A stretch of 64,000 bases of DNA from an uncultured Campylobacter sp. (GTDB lineage: Bacteria; Campylobacterota; Campylobacteria; Campylobacterales; Campylobacteraceae). The stretch spans positions 38,516 to 102,515 of the forward strand of contig NZ_CALJPG010000022.1 of assembly GCF_937980635.1 (NCBI RefSeq), written 5' to 3'. Made by a program: the position numbers and the translations under genes. Positions 31,349-41,413 of this stretch are shown in pieces (within the stretch, counting starts at the first letter, position 1; every line of letters starts with the position of its first letter). A model generated the notes under the pieces. That model was not told the origin of the DNA. It saw nothing but the letters and a program-made list of their open reading frames with translations, and did no database searches.

Positions 31349-32131
31349 CTACTTCTTTAAAATTTGCTCTTTCATGAATTCGTAGAGCTGGCAGGATTTT
31401 TTATTGCCCGCGTCGCAGCCCTTTTTGACGCATCCGAGCCCCTTGGAAAATCCGCGCAGATCCCCCTTGCTCACATACAAATAGCCTAAATTATTGCAGG
31501 CGTCGCCGTAGCCCAGCTCGCAGGATTTGGTGTAAAGCTTCTCCGCCTTGTCACGATCCTGCGGCGCGCCGAGACCCTTATCATACGCAACGCCGGCGTT
31601 ATAGCAGCTATCCACTAGCCCGCCGTCGCAACCTCGCTCGAAAAAGCTCACCGCCTTTGCCAGGTCCGCCGCAAGCCCAAAACCGCCCGTGAAATAGACC
31701 ACGGCCGCATTATGACAGCTCTTAGCATAGCCCAAATCGCAGGCCTTAATGTAGCGCTGCGCGGCGGCAACGAAGTCCCTACCCAGGCGCCCCCTTTGAT
31801 ACAGGTTGCCTAGCTTATGGCAAGCTATGGCGACGTTTTTATCGCACGCTGCGGCATAAAATACGCCCGCTTGCGTCGCATTGCCCTCGCCATCGTATAG
31901 GGCCCCCAAATCAAAGCAGCTATCTTTTTCGCCCGCTTTGCAAGCCCTGATAAAAGCGAGCCTGGCGCCTTCGTAATCTCCGCGGGAGAGCTTGTCGCGC
32001 CCCAGCTTCGCGCAGCTTACGCCGTCGCCGCGGTAGCATTTAAACGACAGAACGGGCGACGGCAAAAAAAGCACCATAACCAAGATACAAACGGCAATCG
32101 AAAGCGCTGCTATGTCGATGATCTTTCTCAT
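31349..32131 (-). CDS. Sel1-like repeat, Hcp-type cysteine-rich secreted protein
   Basis: N-terminal anchor and six or more repeats of A..(F/Y)..AC..G...(C/S)C.NLG motifs. Confidence 0.85.
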   Translation of the reverse strand: MRKIIDIAALSIAVCILVMVLFLPSPVLSFKCYRGDGVSCAKLGRDKLSRGDYEGARLAFIRACKAGEKDSCFDLGALYDGEGNATQAGVFYAAACDKNVAIACHKLGNLYQRGRLGRDFVAAAQRYIKACDLGYAKSCHNAAVVYFTGGFGLAADLAKAVSFFERGCDGGLVDSCYNAGVAYDKGLGAPQDRDKAEKLYTKSCELGYGDACNNLGYLYVSKGDLRGFSKGLGCVKKGCDAGNKKSCQLYEFMKEQILKK

Positions 32132-32524
32132 ATCTATCCTTTTTGCGACGATGCGCCGCGGGGCTTAAGGAGTACTCTTGCAGGCAAATCCCGCCAAGGA
32201 GAATTTTACGAATTAAATTTCGTCACATGAAATTTAATCTACACAAAAATTTTAGTACCTCAAGCCTTGTTTTAAAATTTTACTTCGAACCTCTACGCCG
32301 TAAAATTTTAAAATTTTGAAATTCCGCAAGCGGTAAATTTGCAGCCGAATTTTAAATTTTACGAACGACGCAGTAACAATACCGCGAAACCGTCCGCAAA
32401 ATTCTAAAATTGAAATTTTACGAGCCGTAAATTTAGAACTAGCTTTAAAATTTAGTAGCGATAAAATTTTAAGTAAATTTCGTTCGTGAGATTTAGGCTA
32501 TCGGCGCGAATGTAGCCTGTGCGG

Positions 32525-34321
32525 CTACATTTTCTCTTTCGCGTTTAGGCCCATCAGGGCAAACGCCGTGCGGATACTAAGCGCCACGAGCGCAAACAGC
32601 TTGAGCTTCGCATCCTCGTTCTCGCTGCCTACGACGCGGTTTTCGTTATAGTATTTATGAAAGTCCGCCGCGAGCGCCTTTAGGAAATCGGGCAGCTTCT
32701 GCAAGCCGCGAGAGTTAAAAGCGTCGTTTAAAATTTCATTCAAGCCAAGCGCCGCAAAAGCTAGGCCGAGCCCCGCTTCATCCAGCGTGCCAAAGTCCGC
32801 ACCTAGGACGTCCGCCTCGCGCTTGCCCGCTTTGGTAAAAATTTGATTGACCCGCGCGTGGGCGTAGTTGATGTAAAAGATCGGGTTACTGCTGTCCTCG
32901 CGCGCGAGCTCGTCCACGTCGAACTCAAGCGGCGTCTCGCCCTTTTTGCTGATGAAGATAAATCGCATCGCGTCCCTACCGATCGCGGCGAGCACGTCAC
33001 TCATCAAAATCGCGTTGCCCGCGCGCTTGCTCATCTTGTAGGTCTGCCCGTCTTTGAGCAAATTTACCATCTGCATTAGGATGATCTCAAGCCTGCTTTC
33101 GTCGTAGCCCAGAAAATGCACGGCGGCCTTTAGGCGCGCGATGTAGCCGTGATGATCGGCTCCCCAGATGTTGATGCAGCGCTCATATCCGCGCTCAAAT
33201 TTGTTGTTGTGATAGACGATGTCGCCCGCAAGATAGGTCGGGCGCGCATCCTCGCGGATGACGACGCGATCTTTTTCGTCGCCGAGCTGCGATGAGCGGA
33301 TCCAAATTTTGCCCTCCTGCTCATACATCTTGCCGCTACGCTCAAGCTTCTTAATCGTAGGCTCAAGCTCGCCATAGAGGCTCTTTTCGCTAGCCCAGTT
33401 TTGGATATGAATGCCGGCGTCCGCGAGATCTTTTTGGATGATCTTTAGCACCTCGTCTTTAGCAAACTCCGCAAGGATCAAAACGCGCGATTCGTCGCGG
33501 AAAATTTCATCGCCGAATTGGGCGCGCGCAAGAGGGATGATCTCGTCGATATACTCGCCGCGGTAGTATTTCTCGGGGTAGCTCACGTCCTCGCCCGCTA
33601 GCTCGCGCGCACGAAGCGCGATCGAAGTGCCCAAAAGCTCGATCTGATTGCCCGCGTCGTTGATGTAATACTCGGTATCGACGCGGTGCCCCAGATAGCC
33701 TCCGATACGTGCGAACGTATCGCCGTAAACGGCGCCGCGCACGTGCCCGATATGAAGCGGGCCTGTAGGATTAGCGCTGATGTATTCAAGCAAAATTTTT
33801 TGCGGCATAGCGGCGGAATTCCGCGCCTCATCGCAATTTGATGCTGCGATGGAATTTGACGCCTCTTCGGAATTCTGCGAAATAAAATTTTGCCTAGCGG
33901 CGGAATTCTGCGATTTAGCGGTGTCATTGCCGCTCGCAGCTAGATTTGCAGCGCAACCTTTGCTAGCAGGCTCACTCGCGCAAATCTTTTTTGAAGCTGG
34001 TAAAATTCCACGTCCAAGCTCGGCGTCGTTTTTCGCAAAATTGCCGCCCAGTCTAAGGGCGTTTTCAGCAAGAGCGCCCAACACGGCGGGTTTTAGATGA
34101 AAATTTAGATAGCCGTTCACCGCCGTAGCGCTTAGAATTTCGCTATCTTTAAATTTAGCCGCAAGCTCCTCAGCGATGAGCTTAGGCGCCTTTCGCAGCT
34201 CCTTAGCCAGCGCAAAAGCCTCGGGCGAGGCGTAATGAGCCAAACTTTTATCTTTGGGTCTTTCTAAAACGACTTTGCGAGATAAAATTTTAAAAATTTC
34301 ATTTAAGACTAAATTTTTCAA
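32525..34321 (-). CDS. argS: arginine--tRNA ligase with ~80-aa insert upstream of the HIGH motif
   Basis: TTG start. SANPTGPLHIGHVRG (HIGH), KMSKRAGN (KMSKS-like) and the anticodon-binding DALR C-terminus. Confidence 0.95.
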   Translation of the reverse strand: MKNLVLNEIFKILSRKVVLERPKDKSLAHYASPEAFALAKELRKAPKLIAEELAAKFKDSEILSATAVNGYLNFHLKPAVLGALAENALRLGGNFAKNDAELGRGILPASKKICASEPASKGCAANLAASGNDTAKSQNSAARQNFISQNSEEASNSIAASNCDEARNSAAMPQKILLEYISANPTGPLHIGHVRGAVYGDTFARIGGYLGHRVDTEYYINDAGNQIELLGTSIALRARELAGEDVSYPEKYYRGEYIDEIIPLARAQFGDEIFRDESRVLILAEFAKDEVLKIIQKDLADAGIHIQNWASEKSLYGELEPTIKKLERSGKMYEQEGKIWIRSSQLGDEKDRVVIREDARPTYLAGDIVYHNNKFERGYERCINIWGADHHGYIARLKAAVHFLGYDESRLEIILMQMVNLLKDGQTYKMSKRAGNAILMSDVLAAIGRDAMRFIFISKKGETPLEFDVDELAREDSSNPIFYINYAHARVNQIFTKAGKREADVLGADFGTLDEAGLGLAFAALGLNEILNDAFNSRGLQKLPDFLKALAADFHKYYNENRVVGSENEDAKLKLFALVALSIRTAFALMGLNAKEKM

Positions 34322-34326
34322 ATCCT

Positions 34327-34539
34327 TTACGCCTTTTTAGTATCGCTGATTTCGGCGTCTTTAACCTCTTGCTCCATCTTTTTCTCGACCTTTTGCGGCT
34401 CGTCGTCCTCTTCCATCTCTTTTTTGAAGGTCTTAATGCCCTTGCCCACGCCCTTTGCGAGCTCAGGGATCTTTTTAGCTCCGAAAAGTAACACGATGAT
34501 CGCTAAGATAATTAGCAATTGTTGAACACTTACGCCCAT
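34327..34539 (-). CDS. tatA: twin-arginine translocase subunit TatA/E
   Basis: 70 aa. [29 protein letters not shown] motif. Confidence 0.9.
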   Translation of the reverse strand: MGVSVQQLLIILAIIVLLFGAKKIPELAKGVGKGIKTFKKEMEEDDEPQKVEKKMEQEVKDAEISDTKKA

Positions 34540-34549
34540 TTTTTCTCCT

Positions 34550-35164
34550 TTAAATTTTCCAAATTTCGATTAGTTTGCCTATGTCGCGGCTCGCCGTTTC
34601 TAATTTGATAGTTTTATAGATTGATCTTAAATTTTCATACGCCGCTTCCAGGCGGTCGTTTATTATGAAATAATCATACTCGCCTAGGCGCTCCATCTCC
34701 TCTTGCGCGTTTTGCAGGCGTAAAGCAATATCGGCAGGATCATTATCGCCGCGAGCGCGTAACCTATCTCTAAGCTCCGACAAGCTCGGCGTAGTAATAA
34801 ATACGCTAGTAAGCTCGCTTTTAGGCACTTTACTGCGCACGATCTCATATCCTTGCACATCGATGTCAAAAATCACGATCTTACCCCGCTCAAGCTCGCT
34901 CGTAGCGGCTTTTAGCGAAGTACCGTAGTATTTGCCGTGGACCAATGCCCACTCTAAAAACTCTCCGCGCTCGATGCCTGCGCGAAACTCGCTCTCGCTT
35001 ATGAAATGATAATTCACGCCGTCCGCTTCACCCGCACGCATTTCGCGCGTCGTAGAGGAGATCGAGAAGTATATCTGCTCGCCAAATTCTGTGATAAGAC
35101 GCTTTATAAGCGTGCTTTTGCCGCTGCCGCTGGGACCGGAGACGAGCAAAATTTTGCCTTTCAC
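34550..35164 (-). CDS. gmk: guanylate kinase
   Basis: P-loop [20 protein letters not shown]. Confidence 0.95.
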   Translation of the reverse strand: MKGKILLVSGPSGSGKSTLIKRLITEFGEQIYFSISSTTREMRAGEADGVNYHFISESEFRAGIERGEFLEWALVHGKYYGTSLKAATSELERGKIVIFDIDVQGYEIVRSKVPKSELTSVFITTPSLSELRDRLRARGDNDPADIALRLQNAQEEMERLGEYDYFIINDRLEAAYENLRSIYKTIKLETASRDIGKLIEIWKI

Positions 35165-37242
35165 TATCTATCTCCAAACGATATGTCGATATTGATCTTA
35201 AAGTCTTTCAGCGCGTCTTTGGCGTCCTTGCTACCCGCGAATCTCTCGATTGTACTTGCGATGCCCGCTTCCAGATCATCGCGCAGTTTGGTTTTCAGCT
35301 CCTCGGCGCTCGGTTTTTTACCGTGCTCGTTACGCAGCGGCTCGCTTTTGGCGCTGGGCTCTAACTCGCTTGCCATAAGGCTGGCAAACTCCGCCGCAGC
35401 CGAAGCGGCAAGCTCATTCGGCATAGCTTGTGCGCCAAATTTCATCTCATTTACCTGCTCGGACGCACCGAATTTATGCGCTTTAAATTCTGCGCGCTCC
35501 GAAGGCTTTGATATAGGCTTTGAAGCATTAAATTTTATCTGCTGCGCGGCGCTCTTTGCGGGCTTGCCGGATTTAAATTGCTCGCTATCCGCAGAGTTTG
35601 CGGCAAACGAGTTTGCAAAATCGCCCTCCATAGCGCGTAAAAATCCGTCCGCAAACCCGCCGGCAACGCTATTGGCTTGCTCGCTTTGCTTCGGTAAATC
35701 TGAGGCATCTAATATGTGCGGCAAGTTTAGCTCCGAAAAATTCGGCGCAGGAGTGGAATTTGCAGAAGCTACGAAATTCGCGGAAGCCGCAAAATTGGCG
35801 CTAATTGAATCCCCCGCTTCATTATGAGCAGACATAGGCGTATTCTGTGCAAGTCCGCCAGTAAATTCCATACTTTGAAACGGAACGGCGTTATAAAGAT
35901 TTTCGCGAGGTATATCGCCCGCACCCGCTAACGCAATCGGCGTATCTGAAGCGACCTCGTATTGAGACGAAATTTGCGTTTTTTGAGAATTTACAGCCGC
36001 TTTATTTTTATCATGCGCAGATCTTTTATCCTCTTTTTCATCAGAAGCAAACGCAGCCGCAGCAAAATTATCATATCCGCCAAACTCCTCCACGGGCATG
36101 CCAGCACTATCGAAAAGCCTGGAAAAATCCATATCAAATCCACTGTTAACAGGCATGCCAGCTGCATCTTGCACTACTTGCGAGGCAGATTTTTTTTCCT
36201 CTGTTTTATAGGCAAATGAGCCGTCTGATTCATGCTGTTTAAGCGTAACGTCCGCAGGACCTTTCGTTTCCTCTAGATTAGGCGCAACGTCTGCCTTTTT
36301 TTCAACAGCAGTTTCATTAGAGCTGCCAGCTCTTTGCGACTCGTCTTGCTGCGCAAGCGGTAAAGTTTCGCTTGCCCGTGTGGCGGGAATTTCATCTTCT
36401 GTCTGTGATTTATCTGTTTTAAAATTCTTAGGATTTTCATCATCTAGCGCTGCTAGAGCTATCGGAGCGTCATCTTTTGCGAGCGAAATTTCGCCCTGGA
36501 GTGTGTGATTATTTTCAGCGGGCTCGCTTGTGCTGATACTATTTAGCGGCATATCCTCAGGAATATCGCTAGCAGCTAAGTTTAGAGGCATATCGTCTGC
36601 GATATTATCCGCAATCTTTTCTGCGACTGCACTAAGCGGCGTATCATCGGCGATGGTGTCCGCAAGAGCCGCTTCATCTGCAAGCTGCGAGAGCGGAATA
36701 TCATCTGCGATCTCGTCCGTGCGCGGCATATCGCCTACCAACTGCGAAAGCGGCACATCATCTGCAATCTCGGGCGCTATGTCGCTTGCCAGCTGTGAAA
36801 GCGGTATATCCTTGCCAGAGTCATAAAAACTATCCACAAGCTCTTCAAAATTACTGCCCGAAGCGGAATTTGCCTGATCAATCGCATCGATCTCTTTCAT
36901 CACAGAGCTTGCATCAGCAAATTCTTTCGCCATTTTTTCTTTCGCCTGCACACTCATATTTTGAACCGAAAACTCGCTGATAAACGTGATGAGCTCAAGC
37001 GGCGAAAAAGGCTTAGTAAGGGTGTATCGCGCTCCTGGCGCCGAAACATTCTTAGGCGTCAGAAACAGCGTTTTATTAAGATCAAATTTTGAAATATCAT
37101 CGCCATCTTCATAATTTTTTATCGTCAAATCATATTCACTCTCGTCCGCACTATATGCTACTAGGTCCGCACCGATGCGCTCGCAGCAAATATTTACGAC
37201 ACTTGCAACCTGCTCATTGTGATTGTCAAGTAGAATTTTCAT
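35164..37242 (-). CDS. highly acidic protein with receiver-like N-terminus (Cj1178c-like by position)
   Basis: 692 aa. N-terminal about 95 aa resemble a degenerate CheY-like receiver (MKILL..., TKPFSPLEL). The remainder is Asp/Glu/Ala/Ser-rich with tandem repeats. It occupies the same position as C. jejuni Cj1178c, upstream of gmk. Confidence 0.75.
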   Translation of the reverse strand: MKILLDNHNEQVASVVNICCERIGADLVAYSADESEYDLTIKNYEDGDDISKFDLNKTLFLTPKNVSAPGARYTLTKPFSPLELITFISEFSVQNMSVQAKEKMAKEFADASSVMKEIDAIDQANSASGSNFEELVDSFYDSGKDIPLSQLASDIAPEIADDVPLSQLVGDMPRTDEIADDIPLSQLADEAALADTIADDTPLSAVAEKIADNIADDMPLNLAASDIPEDMPLNSISTSEPAENNHTLQGEISLAKDDAPIALAALDDENPKNFKTDKSQTEDEIPATRASETLPLAQQDESQRAGSSNETAVEKKADVAPNLEETKGPADVTLKQHESDGSFAYKTEEKKSASQVVQDAAGMPVNSGFDMDFSRLFDSAGMPVEEFGGYDNFAAAAFASDEKEDKRSAHDKNKAAVNSQKTQISSQYEVASDTPIALAGAGDIPRENLYNAVPFQSMEFTGGLAQNTPMSAHNEAGDSISANFAASANFVASANSTPAPNFSELNLPHILDASDLPKQSEQANSVAGGFADGFLRAMEGDFANSFAANSADSEQFKSGKPAKSAAQQIKFNASKPISKPSERAEFKAHKFGASEQVNEMKFGAQAMPNELAASAAAEFASLMASELEPSAKSEPLRNEHGKKPSAEELKTKLRDDLEAGIASTIERFAGSKDAKDALKDFKINIDISFGDR
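36537..36810. repeat. in-frame tandem repeats encoding DD(I/V/T/M)PL(S/N)(Q)L units
   Basis: Peptide IPLSQLASD...DDVPLSQLVGD...DDIPLSQLADE...DDTPLSAVAE...DDMPLNLAASD..EDMPLNSI (aa 145-235). Confidence 0.8.
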
Positions 37243-37299
37243 TTATGACCTTTTAGAAAGAATTTGGGCTATTGTAAGATATTTTTGGTTATTAATTGC

Positions 37300-37941
37300 T
37301 TATATTTGCGCTAAATTTCGGTTATTTAGGCGATAAACTTTGCAGCATTTTTGCGCTAAATTCTCATCGTGGGTCACGAGCACGAGCGCGCCACGGCTGA
37401 ATTTTACGTAATCAAAAATCACGCCCATGACCTCGCCAGCGGTATCCTTATCTAAATTTCCGGTCGGCTCGTCGGCAAAGATTATGCGCGGCTTTTTGCA
37501 AAGTATGCGAGCAATACTCACGCGCTGCTGCTGTCCGCCGCTAAGTTCGCCCACGCCTTGCTTTAAAGTATGTTCGATTTTAAGCTTTTTTAAAATTTCA
37601 TCATCTATCGCATTATTCGTAAGTTTGGCGGCGAGTTCGATATTTTCGCCAGAGGAAAAGCCCTTAAAAAGGTAGTGGGATTGAAATATTATGCCGAAGT
37701 CGTTGCGGCGGATTTTAAGTCTCTCATCGGAGCTTAGCTCGTAAATACTGCGCCCGCCGTAGATCACCTCACCCGAGTTCGGTTTTAAAAGCGTGCATAA
37801 AATATGAAGCAGGGTCGATTTGCCGCAGCCGCTAACGCCCAAAATAGCGATGCTCTCGCTCTCCCCAACGCTTAAGCTTACATTTTCAAAGAGCGTATAA
37901 TCATACGCGTGAGTAAGATTTACGCCCTTTAGAAGTTCCAT
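37300..37941 (-). CDS. ABC transporter ATP-binding protein
   Basis: Walker [10 protein letters not shown], signature LSGGQQQRV, Walker B IIFADEPT. Position equals Cj1180c. Confidence 0.9.
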   Translation of the reverse strand: MELLKGVNLTHAYDYTLFENVSLSVGESESIAILGVSGCGKSTLLHILCTLLKPNSGEVIYGGRSIYELSSDERLKIRRNDFGIIFQSHYLFKGFSSGENIELAAKLTNNAIDDEILKKLKIEHTLKQGVGELSGGQQQRVSIARILCKKPRIIFADEPTGNLDKDTAGEVMGVIFDYVKFSRGALVLVTHDENLAQKCCKVYRLNNRNLAQI

Positions 37942-37943
37942 AT

Positions 37944-39008
37944 TTAGCCGATTTGAGCCGCTACTTCGGCAGCGAAGTCTTCGCTCTTTTTCTCTAGACC
38001 CTCGCCCACTTCGAAGCGGACGTATTTTACGATCTCGATCTTGCCGCCTAGTTTTTTAGCTTCTTCGTCAATCACCTGCTCGACGGTTTTCTTATCGTCC
38101 ATGACGTAAAATTGCCCTAGCAGCGTGAGTCGCTGATCGATTTGAGTGTTATCGGCGATGAAGCGATCGATCTGACCCGGCAAAATTTTATCCCAAATTT
38201 TTTCAGGTTTATTTTGCTTGCGAAGTTCATCTTTTAAAGCTTCGATCTCTTTGGCTAAAATTTCATCGCTTAGATGCGCGCGCGAGCCAAACTGCGGGAT
38301 CTTATGAAGCGGCTTACCTAAACGCACAAACTCCTCGTTTTCCTTCTCAAACTCGCCTTTAAGAGCCAAGAATTCTTTTTCGATAAAATCTGGGTCAAGC
38401 TCTTTATAGCTGATGACCTGCGGTTTCATCGCGGCTGCGTGCATGCAGAGATTTTTTATAAGCTCCTTCGCACCCTCCGCAGTCCGCTCGCTGTCGCAAG
38501 CTGCTGCGATGATGACGCCTACACGGCCGTTTGAGTGCAGGTAGCCGTTTACCACGCCGTTTGCGCCCGCTTTAATCGTCTCAAATCTTCTAACGACCAA
38601 ATTTTCGCCGATCGTAGCGATCTGACTCTTTAGGTGCTCGTCAAATTTAACGCCGTTAATGACGCTGGAATTTAGCTCATTAATGCTGCTAATGCCCTTG
38701 CTTTGGATATGTAGAGTAGTATTTTTAACTAAATTTATAAAATTTTGATTTTTAGCTACGAAGTCGGTTTCGGAATTTATCTCGCTTATGGTGGCGATCT
38801 TGTGATCCGCTCCCACTTCGACACTCACTAGACCCTCGCTAGCTAGACGGTCGGCTTTTTTAGCAGCCTTTCCAAGGCCCTTTTCGCGAAGCAGATCGAC
38901 GGCCTTATCCATATCGCCATCTGTTTCAACCAAAGCCTTTTTGCAATCCATCATCCCCGCTCCGGTGCTTTCGCGGAGCTCTTTTACCATTTGCGCGCTG
39001 ATTTCCAT
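37944..39008 (-). CDS. tsf: translation elongation factor Ts
   Basis: VKELRE.TGAGMMDCKKAL UBA-like N-terminus; 354 aa. Confidence 0.97.
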   Translation of the reverse strand: MEISAQMVKELRESTGAGMMDCKKALVETDGDMDKAVDLLREKGLGKAAKKADRLASEGLVSVEVGADHKIATISEINSETDFVAKNQNFINLVKNTTLHIQSKGISSINELNSSVINGVKFDEHLKSQIATIGENLVVRRFETIKAGANGVVNGYLHSNGRVGVIIAAACDSERTAEGAKELIKNLCMHAAAMKPQVISYKELDPDFIEKEFLALKGEFEKENEEFVRLGKPLHKIPQFGSRAHLSDEILAKEIEALKDELRKQNKPEKIWDKILPGQIDRFIADNTQIDQRLTLLGQFYVMDDKKTVEQVIDEEAKKLGGKIEIVKYVRFEVGEGLEKKSEDFAAEVAAQIG

Positions 39009-39805
39009 TACTCTTCGTCCTCGCTTACGTCAAAATCCTCTTCGCTCATCGCCTCGGCTACGACTTCCTCTTTCTCTTCGTCGCTGACGGCTTCGCTCTG
39101 CTCGCCGTCCTCGCTCGCATCTTGATCGCGAAGCGCCTTGCCCTCGTTGATCGCCTCAGCCATCTCTTGGCAGAAAAGCTGAACCGAGCGGATCGCATCG
39201 TCGTTGCCGGGTATTGGGAAATCGACTACATCCGGATCGCAGTTCGTATCCAAAGGCGCGATAACCGGCATTTTTAGGCGGTTAGCTTCCGCTACGGCGA
39301 TCTTTTCTTTTACAACGTCGATGACGAAGATCATATCGGGAAGGCCCTTCATATTGCGAATGCCGCCTAGATAAAGCTCGAGCTTCTCTTTTTTGCGGCG
39401 AAGCATTAGCGCCTCTTTTTTAGTTAGTAAATTTATCGAGCCGTCCTCTTCCATAGTCTCGATTACTTCGAGCTTGCGGATCGATTGCTTGATAGTGGAA
39501 AAATTCGTCAGCATGCCGCCTAGCCATCTGTGGCTCACATAAGGCATGCCGCATTTTTCGGCGTACTCTTTTAGCGTCGCGCCGGCTTGTTTTTTGGTGC
39601 CTACGAAAAGTATCGTCTTGCCCTCGGCAGCCGCGTCGCGCACGATATTATAAGTGTAGCGAAAGTAGCGGATAGTTTTTTGTAGATCTATGATATAGAT
39701 ACCTTTTCTCTCGCCGAAAATGAATTTTTTCATCTTCGGATTCCATCTGCGTGTTTGGTGTCCGAAATGAACGCCGCACTCTAGCAAATCTCTCATTGTT
39801 ACCAT
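39008..39805 (-). CDS. rpsB: 30S ribosomal protein S2
   Basis: [25 protein letters not shown]; acidic C-terminal tail. Confidence 0.97.
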   Translation of the reverse strand: MVTMRDLLECGVHFGHQTRRWNPKMKKFIFGERKGIYIIDLQKTIRYFRYTYNIVRDAAAEGKTILFVGTKKQAGATLKEYAEKCGMPYVSHRWLGGMLTNFSTIKQSIRKLEVIETMEEDGSINLLTKKEALMLRRKKEKLELYLGGIRNMKGLPDMIFVIDVVKEKIAVAEANRLKMPVIAPLDTNCDPDVVDFPIPGNDDAIRSVQLFCQEMAEAINEGKALRDQDASEDGEQSEAVSDEEKEEVVAEAMSEEDFDVSEDEE

Positions 39806-40113
39806 GAGTTTTCTCCTTGTGGGTTGCCCCGAAATTTAGGTTTCTCCTCCACACCCGTTAACATTTGTTTTTGACAAACGCAACCAAATTTTAGGATTGG
39901 TGTGTGTGAATTGAAGCTGGGATTATATTTAAATCTTTATTAAAATAAGCTTGATTATATAAAGATGAGAGATCGAGAGTAATATAATGATGTAAAGTTT
40001 ATTATTTCATCAAGGCATCCTTATATTGAAATTTCGTAATTTTTTGATAGTATACAAAAAAGGTCTAACAATTTTAAAAATCAATAAAAAATTCTATCGT
40101 TTATTTTTAGCGC

Positions 40114-40794
40114 TTAATACATCAACCTTGGCAAGAAATTTTCAAATTCATTCACTATAAATTCACGAGTTTTTGTTTTATCTGCACCATTAATAATATT
40201 GATACTATAGACTGTAGCGAATATGCTAAGTTGATTTACGCAAGTTAAAATTGTTGAAATTTGTCGTCCGTATGTCATATAAAGCAAAGCTGATACAAAT
40301 CCATCATTCTCAGAATAGTTTCTAATTACGCATACCTTAACTTCGTTGTCAATTTCACCATTTAGAATTCCGCAAATTTTAAATGCGATATCGATGAAAT
40401 AGTATATATAGGCTATATCCGTATCGTTATAGTCATATTTCAATCTTACTTGCCATTGCGATTCGAAAAAAGCGCAGACATCGGAAAAATTATGAAATTG
40501 TTTTTTAGACCCACGCAAAAGCACATCAATAACAAAATTTGAAATTCCAACTTTGCCAAGTTTAAAACCATAGAATTCATCTAAAAATTCTATAAAAATA
40601 TTTTTGGCTTTACCTTTGTTTTTTAAAAATCTTTCAAAGTCCATATATGTATTAGACATTTTCATTGTAACATCTGTATTCTCTTTATCTATGTCTATGC
40701 TGCTACTAGTATCATTTCTATTATTGGTTTTTATATCATCACTAGTTGCCCAGCCTATTGCAGTTAAAATTATAAAAAATATGATAACTTCCAT
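40114..40794 (-). CDS. hypothetical membrane-anchored protein (orphan)
   Basis: 226 aa. Strong AGGAG RBS 6 nt before ATG. One N-terminal TM helix. No recognisable motif. Confidence 0.65.
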   Translation of the reverse strand: MEVIIFFIILTAIGWATSDDIKTNNRNDTSSSIDIDKENTDVTMKMSNTYMDFERFLKNKGKAKNIFIEFLDEFYGFKLGKVGISNFVIDVLLRGSKKQFHNFSDVCAFFESQWQVRLKYDYNDTDIAYIYYFIDIAFKICGILNGEIDNEVKVCVIRNYSENDGFVSALLYMTYGRQISTILTCVNQLSIFATVYSINIINGADKTKTREFIVNEFENFLPRLMY

Positions 40795-40820
40795 AAAATA
40801 CTCCTAATAAAAAATGACTA

Positions 40821-41294
40821 TTAGAAATTTGGAAAATCAGATATAATACGATCATAATCGCCAATTCTATATATTTTCATTATGGCTGCGATTATGGCGT
40901 ATGAAAAAAACTGCACCGTCAAAGGGGTATCTGCCAACGTCAGCATACATTCCCCATCGGTTGATGTTCTTATACACATTGTAGTAATAAAATTTTGTCG
41001 TAAATTCATCTGCATATCAAGCAATATATCACCCGCAACAGTATCATATGTCATAAGCGGTACTTGATATTTATCCTTTGAAATTCCGCTATCCTCGCAA
41101 AATCTTAACGATATACGATCATCACTATGATACATAGGACATAATTGCTCATAAATAAATTCTTCAGCATCTGATTTGATATTAAATTCATGCATGATCT
41201 TTTCGAAAGCAATTTGAACATATGATGGGATTAGTAGTATCTTTTTGGTTTCTAATATCTCTTTTAAAATTTTTATATTTTCCATAATTTGCAT
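40821..41294 (-). CDS. hypothetical protein (orphan)
   Basis: 157 aa. First gene of the two-gene minus-strand unit, 26 nt upstream of the next gene. No recognisable motif. Confidence 0.55.
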   Translation of the reverse strand: MQIMENIKILKEILETKKILLIPSYVQIAFEKIMHEFNIKSDAEEFIYEQLCPMYHSDDRISLRFCEDSGISKDKYQVPLMTYDTVAGDILLDMQMNLRQNFITTMCIRTSTDGECMLTLADTPLTVQFFSYAIIAAIMKIYRIGDYDRIISDFPNF

Positions 41295-41310
41295 CCAAAT
41301 TTTAAAATTT

Positions 41311-41324
41311 CTAACTATAGTTAG
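41311..41324. promoter_or_regulatory. perfect 14-bp palindrome CTAACTATAGTTAG, candidate XRE operator
   Basis: Located in the 90-120 bp divergent intergenic region, next to overlapping TATAAT-like boxes (attataat at 41335-41342). A GTTAG half-site recurs at about 41358. Confidence 0.4.
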
Positions 41325-41413
41325 TTGATAGCGGATTATAATCCAAATATACTTATGGTTAGTTTAATTATAGGTAGGCGTATTTGAAGGATTGCACGAT
41401 AACCGATGAGAAG

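Noticed and set aside
35006-35827. 273-aa plus-strand ORF
   Set aside because: It lies entirely antisense to gmk and the acidic-protein gene. The Ala/Ser/Leu low-complexity translation is the mirror of the acidic repeats, so it is a shadow ORF.
39806-39900. Possible S2 autoregulatory leader upstream of rpsB
   Set aside because: I could not identify a convincing conserved pseudoknot or stem by eye, and no reference motif for this clade is available to me.
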